Of a stretch of 64,000 bases of DNA, positions 29,452 through 39,574 are shown piece by piece. Numbering within the stretch: the stretch's first letter is position 1; every line of letters starts with the position of its first letter. Source of the stretch: Alphaproteobacteria bacterium (GTDB lineage Bacteria > Pseudomonadota > Alphaproteobacteria > UBA7879 > UBA5542); NCBI GenBank assembly GCA_037146715.1, contig JBAWWO010000002.1:81417-145416 (forward strand). The letters are read 5' to 3'. Made by a program: the position numbers and the translations under genes. The notes beneath the pieces were generated by a model. The model was not told the origin of the DNA. It made no database searches and saw only the letters and a list, made by a program, of their open reading frames with translations.

Positions 29452-30235
29452 TATTTTTAATCCACATGTTAAAACTCTTTACAAGGCCCAAAATTTCCCG
29501 GGTTTCTATAAACCAAATCAGCACCATAACAATCAGAAAAAATCCTCCCACAAGGCCCCATCCCAAATACCAGGGGCGCAAATTAATAATTTCAGATGAA
29601 TCCCGCTGGTCTAAAGTATGCATATAGGCCTCTTCAAAAAGGGGTAGCCCTTCCCGACGACCGTCCGGAATATCATAGGTAATCATATCATAAAGCTTCT
29701 GCCGATATTGATTTAAAATAGAGGCTGAATTTTCCGCCCGGTACTTACCCTGAAAACCCAATCCAAGACCCATCAAATAAATCACAGCTAAATCTAAAGC
29801 TGAAACATCCCGACCTTGTAAAAAGGTCTCTAAATTTTTAAAAAACTTATCACCCGCATCTTGGGTCCCATAAAGACGAGATTCCAATAAATTATCTTGC
29901 CATTCTAATTTACCCTTCCAGGGAAGGTTTAAAAAAATTTCATCTGCCAAGGAAACCATTACATATTGGGCCTCCTCATAGTAACGGGCCGCATAACCCC
30001 CGCCCTGAATTTCAATCAATCGATATTGAGCCTTTAAGGTTTTTTCCAAACGATTTAGAATTTTACCAGCAAGCGATTGGGATGTTTTTTCTGACAGATT
30101 GCCCTCTAAAGACGCCTCTTCCTCGGCAGAAATTGATCCATCGTTCAAAGCTAAGTGTTTCAATAGAATCAATTCGTCATAGAAAGACCTAAAATTCTGC
30201 ACCAGAACAGATTTCATATACCTTTCTTGCGTCAT
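29432..30235 (-). CDS. tssL: type VI secretion protein TssL (DotU family), no peptidoglycan-binding extension
   Basis: DotU pattern ...MVSLADEIFLN.PW......W....LES.LYGT.DAGDKFF.NLE. There is a single C-terminal TM and the protein ends about 25 aa later. Confidence 0.8.
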   Translation of the reverse strand: MTQERYMKSVLVQNFRSFYDELILLKHLALNDGSISAEEEASLEGNLSEKTSQSLAGKILNRLEKTLKAQYRLIEIQGGGYAARYYEEAQYVMVSLADEIFLNLPWKGKLEWQDNLLESRLYGTQDAGDKFFKNLETFLQGRDVSALDLAVIYLMGLGLGFQGKYRAENSASILNQYRQKLYDMITYDIPDGRREGLPLFEEAYMHTLDQRDSSEIINLRPWYLGWGLVGGFFLIVMVLIWFIETREILGLVKSFNMWIKNNAGTFN

Positions 30236-30242
30236 GGATTAC

Positions 30243-31583
30243 CTATCCTGCTGTATATAAAACAATTTCTTCTGGCCTGCTGTTTTCTGTATCAGACGGA
30301 TTCAAGATCTGCAGAGTTTCTTCAGCCTTAATAAATTTCTCATCAACCAAAACTTTAACAAGCAACTGACGATTAGTAGCCAACAGTCCCATTTCTGAAA
30401 CCTGGTCAACAACTTCCCTGATGGGACCTAATATTCTTTTTTCCTTGGCTTCCTCAAGGGCGGAATCGCAAGCGATAATGGCCCCATTTAGCCAATGGGC
30501 TATGGCCGAAGGTGATGCATCCACCCCCAATTTAATGCCCAAAATCAGATAATCTGTATCCAACCAATCTTTTCTAAGTTTACGTTCAAAAACACGACCA
30601 CTTTTTGTGAATGGCAAAGAAATTGAGGGGCTTTTAACCATTTCAATAATCTTTTCAATAAAATTCACAACGGGATCAAAGGTTGATTTTAAATCATTGT
30701 GGTCATAGGGATCAAAGACAGGCGGAATTTGGCCCCGATGGAGTGCACAATAGGTTCCTGCCGCCACACAAAGCTCTTTATAAACTTCAAAAGGATGACA
30801 TTTTTCAGAAAAATACAGTGCTTCTAAAACAACCACTCGCCCCACAATAATATTATAAATACGGTCATAGTATTCCAGAATAGATGCCGTGTCTTGGGTC
30901 ATCAAACTTTGAAGGCGCTCCCCCAAGAAAGTCGTTCGTTTTCTTAAATTCTTGATCAACCGCCCCAGATATTCCCCGATAATGTTTTGTTGTTGTACGC
31001 TGGTAAAGGGCGGAATAAAGTCTGTTTTTGCAAAAGCATCGTCTTCGAACTTAACCTGCATCAAGGGGAATCCAGAATAGCGAGAAGGCAAATTGTCCCC
31101 CGCCACCAGAAATGCTTTCAAAGAAAGGCGTGGCATAGTAATGGCCCCATCTCCTGTGTTTTCGTCAACGATAGGGTTTGATTCGATGGAATCATATCGG
31201 CAAGGCTGCTGCTCTGTATTTGCAGCATCTTCTTGACGCTCGACAACCGCCAAATAGATGGTAGTGGGTTTCAACAGCAGATCATCTTTCATTCCGGAAA
31301 TATCCAGTTCAATTTTCTGTTTGGATCCAGTTGCTTTCTCAACAACGCTGCCATCTGGCATCATAGCCAAAATTTTGTTGACTCGAATGATACCGCTTAA
31401 CAACAAGGCCTCATCAATTTCCACATGATGAATGCCCCAGTACCAAGGAGTACTAATAGTCAGATAGCATAAGGAAAGCTGCTGAATTTCATGACGCATT
31501 TGCTGGTAATGGTGGGGATACAAAAGCTGCCCTTCGTACCATTGCACCATGTCTTGAATTTTGAAGTTATACTTTTCTTCCAT
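30243..31583 (-). CDS. tssK: type VI secretion baseplate protein TssK
   Basis: N-terminal VQWYEGQLLYPHHYQQ matches the V.W.EG..L.PQHFQQ TssK signature. The length of 446 aa is typical. Confidence 0.85.
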   Translation of the reverse strand: MEEKYNFKIQDMVQWYEGQLLYPHHYQQMRHEIQQLSLCYLTISTPWYWGIHHVEIDEALLLSGIIRVNKILAMMPDGSVVEKATGSKQKIELDISGMKDDLLLKPTTIYLAVVERQEDAANTEQQPCRYDSIESNPIVDENTGDGAITMPRLSLKAFLVAGDNLPSRYSGFPLMQVKFEDDAFAKTDFIPPFTSVQQQNIIGEYLGRLIKNLRKRTTFLGERLQSLMTQDTASILEYYDRIYNIIVGRVVVLEALYFSEKCHPFEVYKELCVAAGTYCALHRGQIPPVFDPYDHNDLKSTFDPVVNFIEKIIEMVKSPSISLPFTKSGRVFERKLRKDWLDTDYLILGIKLGVDASPSAIAHWLNGAIIACDSALEEAKEKRILGPIREVVDQVSEMGLLATNRQLLVKVLVDEKFIKAEETLQILNPSDTENSRPEEIVLYTAG

Positions 31584-31706
31584 TAGATCCCTGAAAGTCC
31601 TGTTATTTTATATTTAAATTCACCCTTAGTCTAACGTTCCTATGAAAATAACTCAAGCACATTCCTTTTACCTTGTACAGGTTCATGTCGCAAAAATTAA
31701 ACGGTA

Positions 31707-32354
31707 TTACTTTTTCTTAGCGTGGAGGTGAATATATGTGGCGACGATATCTGAAACTGCAGTCAGATGATCTTTAAAGAAATGGTCAGCCCCTTCAACC
31801 TCTTGCAATTCAACTTGAACACCTTTTTGTTTAGAAAGTTTTGCTGCAAGAGTCCGAACAGCATCTGGAGAGACAATCTCGTCTGCTGTCCCCTGAATCA
31901 TTTGCCCAGAAACGGGGCAAGGGGCCAAAAAGTTGAAATCATATTTGTTAGCGGGGGGGGCAACAGCAATGAACCCCTCCAATTCTGGTCGGCGCATCAA
32001 TAATTGCATAGCAATCCAGGCGCCAAAAGAAAACCCAGCCACCCAAAAAGAAGGGGCATTCTTATTGTCGGTCTGTAACCAGTCTAGGGCTGCGGCTGCA
32101 TCGCTTAGTTCTCCTTCGCCGGAGCCAAAAGAACCCTGAGATTTTCCAACACCACGATAGTTGAATCGCATCACATTAAACCCTTGCTTCACAAAGGTTT
32201 GGTATAGGGTATAAGTTACCTTGTTATTCATCGTGCCGCCATAAAGGGGATGGGGATGTAAAATCAACGCTACAGGAGCCGATTCCGTCGCATTTTGACG
32301 ATGATATTTTGCCTCAATTCGCCCAGCGGGGCCTGGTATGATAATTTCTGGCAT
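31707..32354 (-). CDS. alpha/beta hydrolase (COG2945-like)
   Basis: PGPAGRIE...ALILHPHPLYGGTMNNKV...FNYRGVGKSQG...AGFSFGA pattern. Confidence 0.8.
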   Translation of the reverse strand: MPEIIIPGPAGRIEAKYHRQNATESAPVALILHPHPLYGGTMNNKVTYTLYQTFVKQGFNVMRFNYRGVGKSQGSFGSGEGELSDAAAALDWLQTDNKNAPSFWVAGFSFGAWIAMQLLMRRPELEGFIAVAPPANKYDFNFLAPCPVSGQMIQGTADEIVSPDAVRTLAAKLSKQKGVQVELQEVEGADHFFKDHLTAVSDIVATYIHLHAKKK

Positions 32355-32380
32355 CGGGTCTCCTAACCTTACACTCTTAC

Positions 32381-32405
32381 AAACTTGACTATTTTAGTAG
32401 GATAT
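32381..32405 (+). promoter_or_regulatory. candidate type-1 IscR box upstream of iscR
   Basis: AAACTTGACTATTTTAGTAGGATAT matches the consensus ATASYYGACTRWWWYAGTCRRSTAT at 22 of 25 positions by manual comparison. It lies 69 nt upstream of the iscR ATG. Confidence 0.45.
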
Positions 32406-32473
32406 AGTAATTTCCCACTGGATCCTACAAGCGTGGGGATTATATAAATGTTTTTAAGGAAATACAAGACAAT

Positions 32474-32893
32474 ATGAAGCTTGGTACTCGCGGACGTTAT
32501 GCTGTTATGGCAATGGTTGATTTGGCTGAGTCCTCTCACAAAGGGCCTGTACCGTTGTCTGAAATTGCGAATCGTCAGGAAATTTCCCTAAGCTACCTTG
32601 AACAACTTTTTGGAAAATTGCGCCAACAGGGCTTGGTGCAAAGCGTTCGAGGATCTACGGGAGGATATATCCTGCCCCGTTCTGCATCCTTGATTAGTGT
32701 AGCAGACATTGTCTCTGCAGCAGATAAACCCTTTAAAGCAACCAGATGTTCTTCTTCAAAACAAGAAGGATGCTTACAGTCAAAGTCGCGTTGTAAGGTC
32801 CATCATTTGTGGGAAGAGCTGGGCAGTCAAATCAATGGATTTTTACAGTCTATTTCCTTACAAGATGTGTTAGAAAACAAGATACAAAAATGA
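32474..32893 (+). CDS. iscR: Rrf2-family Fe-S cluster regulator IscR
   Basis: MKLGTRGRYAVMAMVDLA start, wHTH region, and C-terminal Cys residues (C-x6-C-x5-C). Confidence 0.85.
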   Translation: MKLGTRGRYAVMAMVDLAESSHKGPVPLSEIANRQEISLSYLEQLFGKLRQQGLVQSVRGSTGGYILPRSASLISVADIVSAADKPFKATRCSSSKQEGCLQSKSRCKVHHLWEELGSQINGFLQSISLQDVLENKIQK

Positions 32894-34011
32894 ATTTACA
32901 GAACTATATTTACTTAGATCACAATGCAACAGCACCTCTTCGCCCGCAGGTTATGTCTGCTATGACGGCAGCTATGAGTCTTCCGCTAAACGCATCGTCC
33001 TTACATGGACTGGGGCAATACGCAAAAAAAATTGCTGCAAAGGCTCGTCAAAATTTAGCTGATTTTATTCAGTGTTCTGCAGATGAACTTATTTTTACTA
33101 GTGGGGGAACGGAAAGCAACAATATGATTTTGAACCAAGATTGGGACCATGTTTTTGTTTTGGCAACGGAGCATGACTCTATTTTAAAAGCAGTGTCTGT
33201 AGCTCAGATGATTCCCGTTGATGACCAAGGAATCATTCAATTAGATTGGTTGGAGGAAGCATTACAAGTCTTGCCTGAAAAATCAAAAACCTTAGTATGT
33301 GTTCAATACGCTAATAATGAAACAGGGGTACTGCAACCTATCGAGAAAGTTGTTGCTTTAGCGCACACATACAATGCCCTGGTTCATACGGATGCCGTCC
33401 AATGTTTTGGTAAAATTCCTTTGTCGTTTAAAGATTTAGGCATAGACTTTATGTCTATCAGCGCCCACAAGGTGGGTGGCCCTCAGGGGGTTGGAGCTTT
33501 GATTGCGCGCGCGTCTTTAACTTTGGAATCTTTTTTAAAGGGTGGTGGGCAAGAAAAAAACCGTCGGGCAGGAACGGAAAATATTGCGGCCATTGCAGGG
33601 TTTGGCGCCCTTCCAGAGCTTATTGATTTAAAGCATTCTGAATCCTTAGCCCTATGGCATCACACCCTGGAAAAATCTTTGCAAGAATTTGCGCCCAATA
33701 GCACAGTTGTGGGATCAGCAGTCAAAAGGCTGCCTAATACCACATGTCTGGTCATGCCAAACGTTAAAAATGCCATTCAGTTGATTCATTTTGACTTGAA
33801 GGGAATTGCCGTAAATACGGGATCAGCTTGTTCATCGGGAACTTTGAAACCCTCTCGCGTTTTGAAGGCTATGAATCTTCCCGAATCTGTTTACAACAAT
33901 GCTATTCGAGTTTCTTCTGGATGGAATACAAAGCAAGAAGATCTATTGAAATTTTGTGAAGACTGGAAGATGTTGTTTCAGTTGCATCACCAACAAAAGG
34001 AAAGCGCATGA
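32890..34011 (+). CDS. NifS-like class V aminotransferase / cysteine desulfurase
   Basis: The start [16 protein letters not shown] overlaps the iscR stop (ATGA). Contains [14 protein letters not shown] (PLP lysine) and GSACSSG. Confidence 0.9.
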   Translation: MNLQNYIYLDHNATAPLRPQVMSAMTAAMSLPLNASSLHGLGQYAKKIAAKARQNLADFIQCSADELIFTSGGTESNNMILNQDWDHVFVLATEHDSILKAVSVAQMIPVDDQGIIQLDWLEEALQVLPEKSKTLVCVQYANNETGVLQPIEKVVALAHTYNALVHTDAVQCFGKIPLSFKDLGIDFMSISAHKVGGPQGVGALIARASLTLESFLKGGGQEKNRRAGTENIAAIAGFGALPELIDLKHSESLALWHHTLEKSLQEFAPNSTVVGSAVKRLPNTTCLVMPNVKNAIQLIHFDLKGIAVNTGSACSSGTLKPSRVLKAMNLPESVYNNAIRVSSGWNTKQEDLLKFCEDWKMLFQLHHQQKESA

Positions 34012-35219
34012 GTTCATATATCTATTTAGATTGCCAGTCTACAACTCCCTGCGATCCGCGGGTGGTTACCAAGATGCTGCCCTATTTTTCCGAAAAATTT
34101 GGGAATCCTCATTCCCGCAATCACGCTTATGGTTGGGATGCAGAGGAGGCCGTTGAACAGGCTCGCACTCAAGTTGCTGAAGTGATTGGGGCGAACGCCA
34201 AAGAGATTATTTTTACAAGTGGAGCAACAGAATCCAACAACCTGGCTCTTAAGGGATTGGCCCATTTCCACAAGGATAAACGCAACCACATTATTACGTA
34301 CCAAACAGAACATAAATGTGTTTTAGATACCTGTCGCCACTTGCAGCAAGAGGGGTTTGAAGTGACCTATTTGCCTGTTCAAAAGAATGGTCTGATTTGT
34401 CTTGAAACCTTGAAAGCAGCAATCACGGAAAAAACTTTGCTTGTATCTGTTATGGCTGTTAACAATGAAATCGGAGTCATCCAACCCCTAGCTGATATTG
34501 GAAAAATTTGCCGCGGGCATAATGTATTCTTTCACACAGACGCCGCCCAGGCTTTTGGAAAAATCCCCCTGAATGTGGAAGACATGAATATCGATTTGCT
34601 CAGTATTTCCGGCCATAAAATTTATGGACCTAAAGGGGTGGGTGCCCTGTACGTACGTCGTAAACCCCGGGTGCGGTTGTTACCTTTAATCAATGGTGGC
34701 GGTCAAGAACGTGGGATGCGCTCAGGCACCTTATCGCCCGCCCTGTGTGTGGGGCTTGGGGAGGCTAGCGTCCTTGCAGCCCAGGAAATGGTTACGGAAA
34801 ACCAGCGACTAAAAAAATTGCGGGACCTTTTCTATGAAACCATCATGGGGGCCCTGCCTAACGTTTATTTGAATGGGGATCTTGAGCAAAGAATTCCAGG
34901 CAATTTAAACCTAAGTTTCGCCTATGTTGAAGGCGAAGGGCTCATGATGGGCATTAAGAACTTGTGTGTATCTTCCGGATCTGCTTGTACTTCAGCCTCC
35001 TTAGAGCCATCCTATGTTTTAAAAGCTTTAGGCGTGGGGGAAGATTTGGCCCATACGTCCCTTAGAATTGGATTTAGTCGCTTCACAACGGAACAGGAAG
35101 TAGTCGACGCCGCCCAACAAATTATTAAAGCTGTCCAAAAATTACGGGACATGAGCCCCCTTTGGGAATTAGCCCAACAGGGTGTTGATATTAATTCCAT
35201 CCAGTGGGCAGGCCACTAA
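34008..35219 (+). CDS. iscS: cysteine desulfurase IscS
   Basis: [20 protein letters not shown] and SSGSACTS active-site loop. Confidence 0.95.
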   Translation: MSSYIYLDCQSTTPCDPRVVTKMLPYFSEKFGNPHSRNHAYGWDAEEAVEQARTQVAEVIGANAKEIIFTSGATESNNLALKGLAHFHKDKRNHIITYQTEHKCVLDTCRHLQQEGFEVTYLPVQKNGLICLETLKAAITEKTLLVSVMAVNNEIGVIQPLADIGKICRGHNVFFHTDAAQAFGKIPLNVEDMNIDLLSISGHKIYGPKGVGALYVRRKPRVRLLPLINGGGQERGMRSGTLSPALCVGLGEASVLAAQEMVTENQRLKKLRDLFYETIMGALPNVYLNGDLEQRIPGNLNLSFAYVEGEGLMMGIKNLCVSSGSACTSASLEPSYVLKALGVGEDLAHTSLRIGFSRFTTEQEVVDAAQQIIKAVQKLRDMSPLWELAQQGVDINSIQWAGH

Positions 35220-35233
35220 AAAAGGAGCACATC

Positions 35234-35617
35234 ATGGCATACAGTAAAAAATTGATCGACCATTACGAAAACCCAAAAAACGTTGGGTCCTTTGACTTGA
35301 CGGAAGAAAATGTGGGCACGGGCCTTGTAGGTGCGCCCTCATGTGGCGATGTAATGAAATTACAGATTAAGGTGAATGATGAAGGCATCATCGAAGATGT
35401 TCGGTTTAAGACGTTTGGGTGTGGATCAGCCATTGCCTCAAGCTCTTTCGCGACAGAGCTGTTAAAAGGAAAAACCTTAGAAGAAGCTAGCGAAGTCAGA
35501 AACAAGGAAATTGTTGAAGCCTTAGAACTTCCTCCTGTGAAGATCCATTGTTCTGTGTTGGCGGAAGATGCCATTCGCGCTGCCATTGCGGATTATAGAA
35601 AAAGGAAATCTCTATAA
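35234..35617 (+). CDS. iscU: Fe-S cluster scaffold IscU
   Basis: MAYSKKLIDHYENPKNVG, GAPSCGD, FGCGSAIASSS, PPVKIHCS. Confidence 0.95.
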   Translation: MAYSKKLIDHYENPKNVGSFDLTEENVGTGLVGAPSCGDVMKLQIKVNDEGIIEDVRFKTFGCGSAIASSSFATELLKGKTLEEASEVRNKEIVEALELPPVKIHCSVLAEDAIRAAIADYRKRKSL

Positions 35618-35618
35618 A

Positions 35619-35957
35619 ATGGCCCCCAGAAGTCCTATCACTGTGACTCTTGCTGCTGTAGAGCGCATTAAGCATCTTTTGGAAAATCGTGGGAAACCTT
35701 CTTTTGGTATTCGTATTGGGGTTAGAACGCGGGGATGTTCTGGACATGCCTATACCCTGGAATTTGCAGATGCTCCAAATCCAGCTGATGAAAACGTGGA
35801 AATGGCGGGAGTTAATATTTTGATTGATCCCAAAGCTATTTTATTTATTGTGGGCACAGAAATGGATTTTGTTCAAAAGGATATGGAATCTGGATTCGTT
35901 TTTAAAAATCCAAATGAAAAAGGTCGTTGTGGCTGTGGAGAATCTTTCCATGTCTAA
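35619..35957 (+). CDS. iscA: Fe-S cluster insertion protein IscA/HesB family
   Basis: GCSGHAY and C-terminal GCGCGESF. Confidence 0.9.
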   Translation: MAPRSPITVTLAAVERIKHLLENRGKPSFGIRIGVRTRGCSGHAYTLEFADAPNPADENVEMAGVNILIDPKAILFIVGTEMDFVQKDMESGFVFKNPNEKGRCGCGESFHV

Positions 35958-36438
35958 TCCTTTCACGGTTTTTGATTTAGAACAGACTTATGTTCTGGAT
36001 ATGCAAATTTTAGACAAAAGTTATTTAAAGTTGCAGCAATTGTGGCATCCAGACCGATTTATCAATGGATCTACTGAAGAAAAAGAAAAAGCCCAAACTG
36101 AAACAGTTTCTTTGAATCAAGCTTATCAGACTTTGAAAAATCCGGTCTTAAGGGCTAAGGTTTTATTGAATCTTTTTTTTCCAGGGGTTGTTGGGGCGCC
36201 AAACCCTGAAACTCTAGAGGATCAATTTTCTTTACAGGAAAATCTGGCTTCCCTATCAGAGGCTGATAAAATAAGGGAGCTCCATGTGGCAATAAGGGAA
36301 AGAATCAAAGGTGTGGAAGAGTCATTTGAAAAAGACTTGAAGGATAAAAACATCCGGGCTTTTCAAGAGTATTTTGTCTTAAAATTTCTGTACAAAATTC
36401 ACGAGGATATTTCCCACAAACTTTATGGGTTTCACTAA
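35950..36438 (+). CDS. hscB: co-chaperone HscB
   Basis: J-domain with HPD (LQQLWHPDRF). Overlaps iscA by 8 nt. Confidence 0.85.
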   Translation: MSNPFTVFDLEQTYVLDMQILDKSYLKLQQLWHPDRFINGSTEEKEKAQTETVSLNQAYQTLKNPVLRAKVLLNLFFPGVVGAPNPETLEDQFSLQENLASLSEADKIRELHVAIRERIKGVEESFEKDLKDKNIRAFQEYFVLKFLYKIHEDISHKLYGFH

Positions 36439-36440
36439 CA

Positions 36441-37829
36441 ATGCTTCTTCAAATTCACGAACCTGGCCAAACACCTCTTCCCCATGATCAGCAACAAGTA
36501 GCGATTGGAATTGATTTGGGAACTACCAATTCTGTGGTAGCCATTGCCCGTGATCATAAAGCTGAAATTATAAAAATAGAGGGGCATTCTCTTGTACCAT
36601 CCATCACCTTTTATGGTGAACCCAAATCTGTGGGGCGGGCCGCTGAAAAAGCTGGAAAGACCTCATCAGATTTGATGCTGAAATCTGTGAAACGGTTGTT
36701 TGAAGATGCCCCTTTGGTTGGCTTAATAGGCCAAATTACCCCCCTGAAAGCAGCCACTGATATTCTGATTTATTTAAAAGAGCAAGCAGAAAAATCTTTG
36801 GGTAAAAAAGTAACCAAAGCGGTGATTACGGTGCCTGCTTATTTCTCAGAAGGTGCTCGCACCATGACTCGAAAAGCAGCCACCTTGGCAGGTTTTGAAG
36901 TTCTGCGCCTGTTGAATGAACCAACGGCTGCTGCTTTAGCTTATCATTTAGATGAAGGAAAAGAAGGGCATTATGTCGTCTATGATTTGGGAGGCGGGAC
37001 GTTTGATGTATCTGTTCTGCGTCTTGAAAAAGGAATCTTTCAGGTTTTGGCTGTGGGTGGAGATACAGGATTGGGAGGGGATGATTTTGATAAACTCATC
37101 CAAGATTTTTTCCAAGATCATGTCTCAATTGATCAAGCAAAACAGATTAAAGAATATCTTTCTGAAAATCCTGTATGGCAAGAAAAACAAGGATCTATAA
37201 GTCAATCTGACTTTGAAAAAATAGTCAGTCCTTTGGTTGAAAAAACTCTTAAGATTGTGGAAAAAACACTGCGGGATGCCAAGGTTGAAGATATTCAAAC
37301 TATTCAGCAAATTGTATGCGTGGGAGGAATGACCCGCATGCCCCTGATTCAACACAGTTTGGAAAAGTTATTTAAAAAGAAACCTCTGGCAATTTTGAAC
37401 CCAGATGAAGCTGTAGCTCTGGGGGCAGCCTTACAAGCTGAAGCCCTGATGACAGGTATGGGAAAATTGCTTATTGACGTAACACCTTTTTCTCTTGGCC
37501 TTGAAACCATGGGAGGTTTTGTGGAAAAACTGATTCCTCGAAATACAGCGATTCCCTTTTCCGTAACTCAGGAATTTACAACCCATCAAGATGATCAAAA
37601 ATCTATGTCCATTCATGTGCTTCAGGGAGAAAGCGATCGCCTTCAAGACTGCAGGTCTCTCGCAAAATTTAGCTTCACAAATTTGCCGCCCTTACCCGCA
37701 AAAACAGCCCGTGTGGTCATTACGTTCACCCTGGATGCGGATGGTATTCTGACTGTGTCAGCCCAAGAAAAAATTACAGGGCAAAAGCAGACCGTTCATG
37801 TGGGGTTACAGAACTTAACTAATTCCTGA
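36441..37829 (+). CDS. hscA: Hsp70-type chaperone HscA, short form (462 aa)
   Basis: IGIDLGTTNSVVA, DLGGGTFDVS and the beta-sandwich substrate domain are present. The protein ends before a helical lid. Confidence 0.85.
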   Translation: MLLQIHEPGQTPLPHDQQQVAIGIDLGTTNSVVAIARDHKAEIIKIEGHSLVPSITFYGEPKSVGRAAEKAGKTSSDLMLKSVKRLFEDAPLVGLIGQITPLKAATDILIYLKEQAEKSLGKKVTKAVITVPAYFSEGARTMTRKAATLAGFEVLRLLNEPTAAALAYHLDEGKEGHYVVYDLGGGTFDVSVLRLEKGIFQVLAVGGDTGLGGDDFDKLIQDFFQDHVSIDQAKQIKEYLSENPVWQEKQGSISQSDFEKIVSPLVEKTLKIVEKTLRDAKVEDIQTIQQIVCVGGMTRMPLIQHSLEKLFKKKPLAILNPDEAVALGAALQAEALMTGMGKLLIDVTPFSLGLETMGGFVEKLIPRNTAIPFSVTQEFTTHQDDQKSMSIHVLQGESDRLQDCRSLAKFSFTNLPPLPAKTARVVITFTLDADGILTVSAQEKITGQKQTVHVGLQNLTNS

Positions 37830-37831
37830 AC

Positions 37832-39106
37832 TTAAATACTAACCTTCAAAAATCCAGCGGGGAACCCCTTATGGTGTTTCCACATATTTTTTAAGTCCAC
37901 CACCAGACATTCGTCATTCCCGATGCGGGCAAAGTCTTTTTCAGTCATGTGTTTAAATTGGTCATGGGGAACAGTTCCAACAATGCAGTCATAGCCTTTT
38001 AAATCATCAAAATCTTTCAAATCCATACCATAGTATTTCTTGGCCTCATGGGGGTTTGCATGGGGGTCAGTCACATCCACGTCATAACCCAACTTTTCAA
38101 GCCTTGATACTAAATCCACAACCTTAGTGTTTCTAAGGTCTGGAATATTTTCTTTAAAAGTCAACCCCAGAATCAAAACCTTTTTGTTTTGAATTCCTCT
38201 TTGTTTTATATGCTGATGAACAAAGTCCCCAAAAATAGAAGCCATGGAATCATTCATATGGCGTCCTGCCAAAATTACTTCAGGGTGATGCCCTTTTTGT
38301 TGAGCATAATTCGCCAGGTAAAAGGGATCAACCCCAATACAATGCCCCCCCACAAGACCCGGCTGGAAAGGCAGAAAATTCCACTTGGTTTGGGCAGCCT
38401 CTAGCACATCATAAATTGAAATACCGTCCTTATTAAAAATGGCCGTAATTTCATTCATGAAGGCAATATTGATATCGCGTTGTGCATTTTCAATGACCTT
38501 AGCGGCCTCAGCCGTTTTGATGTTTGCTGCTTTAAAAACAGTCGTAATGGTCCCATAAATTTTAGCAAGGGTTTCGCAAACATCTGGTGTCTGACCCGCA
38601 ACTACCTTGGTAATTTTATAAACTGTATGTTCTTTATCGCCTGGATTAATGCGCTCTGGTGAATATCCCAAGAAAAAGTCTTGTCCTATCTTAAGTCCCG
38701 AAGCCTTTTCAAGAACAGGCCCACAGTAGTCTTCCGTCACACCTGGATAAACTGTACTTTCATAAACCACAATGGCCCCAGATTCCATCACTTGGCCTAT
38801 CATTTCTGAAGCAACCTTTAGCAGCGTTAAATCAGGCATGTTTGTATCTTCATGAACGGGAGTTGGAACCGTCACAATATAAACCTTACACCCCTTTAAA
38901 TCTTCTAAGGTATGGGTTTTTTGAAGGGAACTGTTTTGAAGCTCTTTTTCGGAAAGCTCATGGGTTCGATCAAAACCAGTTTTCAGTTCCTCAATACGTT
39001 TTTTATCAACGTCAAATCCAATGACCTTATAATGCTTGGCAAGTGCCGTTGCCAGGGGAAGCCCCACATATCCAAGTCCTAAAACTGCTATTTTCATCTG
39101 TGTCAT
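37832..39106 (-). CDS. UDP-sugar (UDP-glucose/GDP-mannose family) dehydrogenase
   Basis: MKIAVLGLGYVGLPLA Rossmann start, GGHCIG catalytic Cys region. 424 aa. Confidence 0.9.
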   Translation of the reverse strand: MTQMKIAVLGLGYVGLPLATALAKHYKVIGFDVDKKRIEELKTGFDRTHELSEKELQNSSLQKTHTLEDLKGCKVYIVTVPTPVHEDTNMPDLTLLKVASEMIGQVMESGAIVVYESTVYPGVTEDYCGPVLEKASGLKIGQDFFLGYSPERINPGDKEHTVYKITKVVAGQTPDVCETLAKIYGTITTVFKAANIKTAEAAKVIENAQRDINIAFMNEITAIFNKDGISIYDVLEAAQTKWNFLPFQPGLVGGHCIGVDPFYLANYAQQKGHHPEVILAGRHMNDSMASIFGDFVHQHIKQRGIQNKKVLILGLTFKENIPDLRNTKVVDLVSRLEKLGYDVDVTDPHANPHEAKKYYGMDLKDFDDLKGYDCIVGTVPHDQFKHMTEKDFARIGNDECLVVDLKNMWKHHKGFPAGFLKVSI

Positions 39107-39109
39107 TCC

Positions 39110-39571
39110 TTATTTTAACTGATCTAAGATGTATTGTTTTTTGTCTTTAGCAGTTAACTTGTTTTTCAGGGAAGATTCAACTTTTTTTAACATATTTTTT
39201 AGGAACTTTTTTTCTAGTTCCTGTTCCCTTATACCCAGAAGATATTTTTTTTTGGTCTCAATCGTTTGCAAAAGTTCTTTTTCCAGCTCTTCCATTTTTT
39301 TAAGTGTTTCCTTTTGAATAGCAGAAATTTTCTTTTGGGTATCTTTCAAATGCCTTTCATGAACAGTTTTTTGTTTTTTTAGAGCGCTTCTAGCCTTTAA
39401 ACAAGAATGTTCTGTTTCTTCATGTAAATCTGCAGCTTCTCTCAACTGTTGAGAAATACGATGGGCCCTATCATCAAGTTGCACAATAATTTTCTTGAAA
39501 AATCGGCGCCCCACCACAGCAAAAAACAGCAAAAAAGAAATCAAAACCCAAAAGGATGCATCATATACCAT
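39110..39571 (-). CDS. atpF: F0F1 ATP synthase subunit b
   Basis: Single N-terminal TM followed by a long charged helix. Last gene of the F0 operon. Confidence 0.85.
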   Translation of the reverse strand: MVYDASFWVLISFLLFFAVVGRRFFKKIIVQLDDRAHRISQQLREAADLHEETEHSCLKARSALKKQKTVHERHLKDTQKKISAIQKETLKKMEELEKELLQTIETKKKYLLGIREQELEKKFLKNMLKKVESSLKNKLTAKDKKQYILDQLK

Positions 39572-39574
39572 GAT

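Noticed and set aside
32809-32889. Upstream extension of the NifS-like desulfurase ORF
   Set aside because: It overlaps the iscR 3-prime end out of frame. The ATG at 32890 forms an ATGA overlap with the iscR stop and yields the typical N-terminus.
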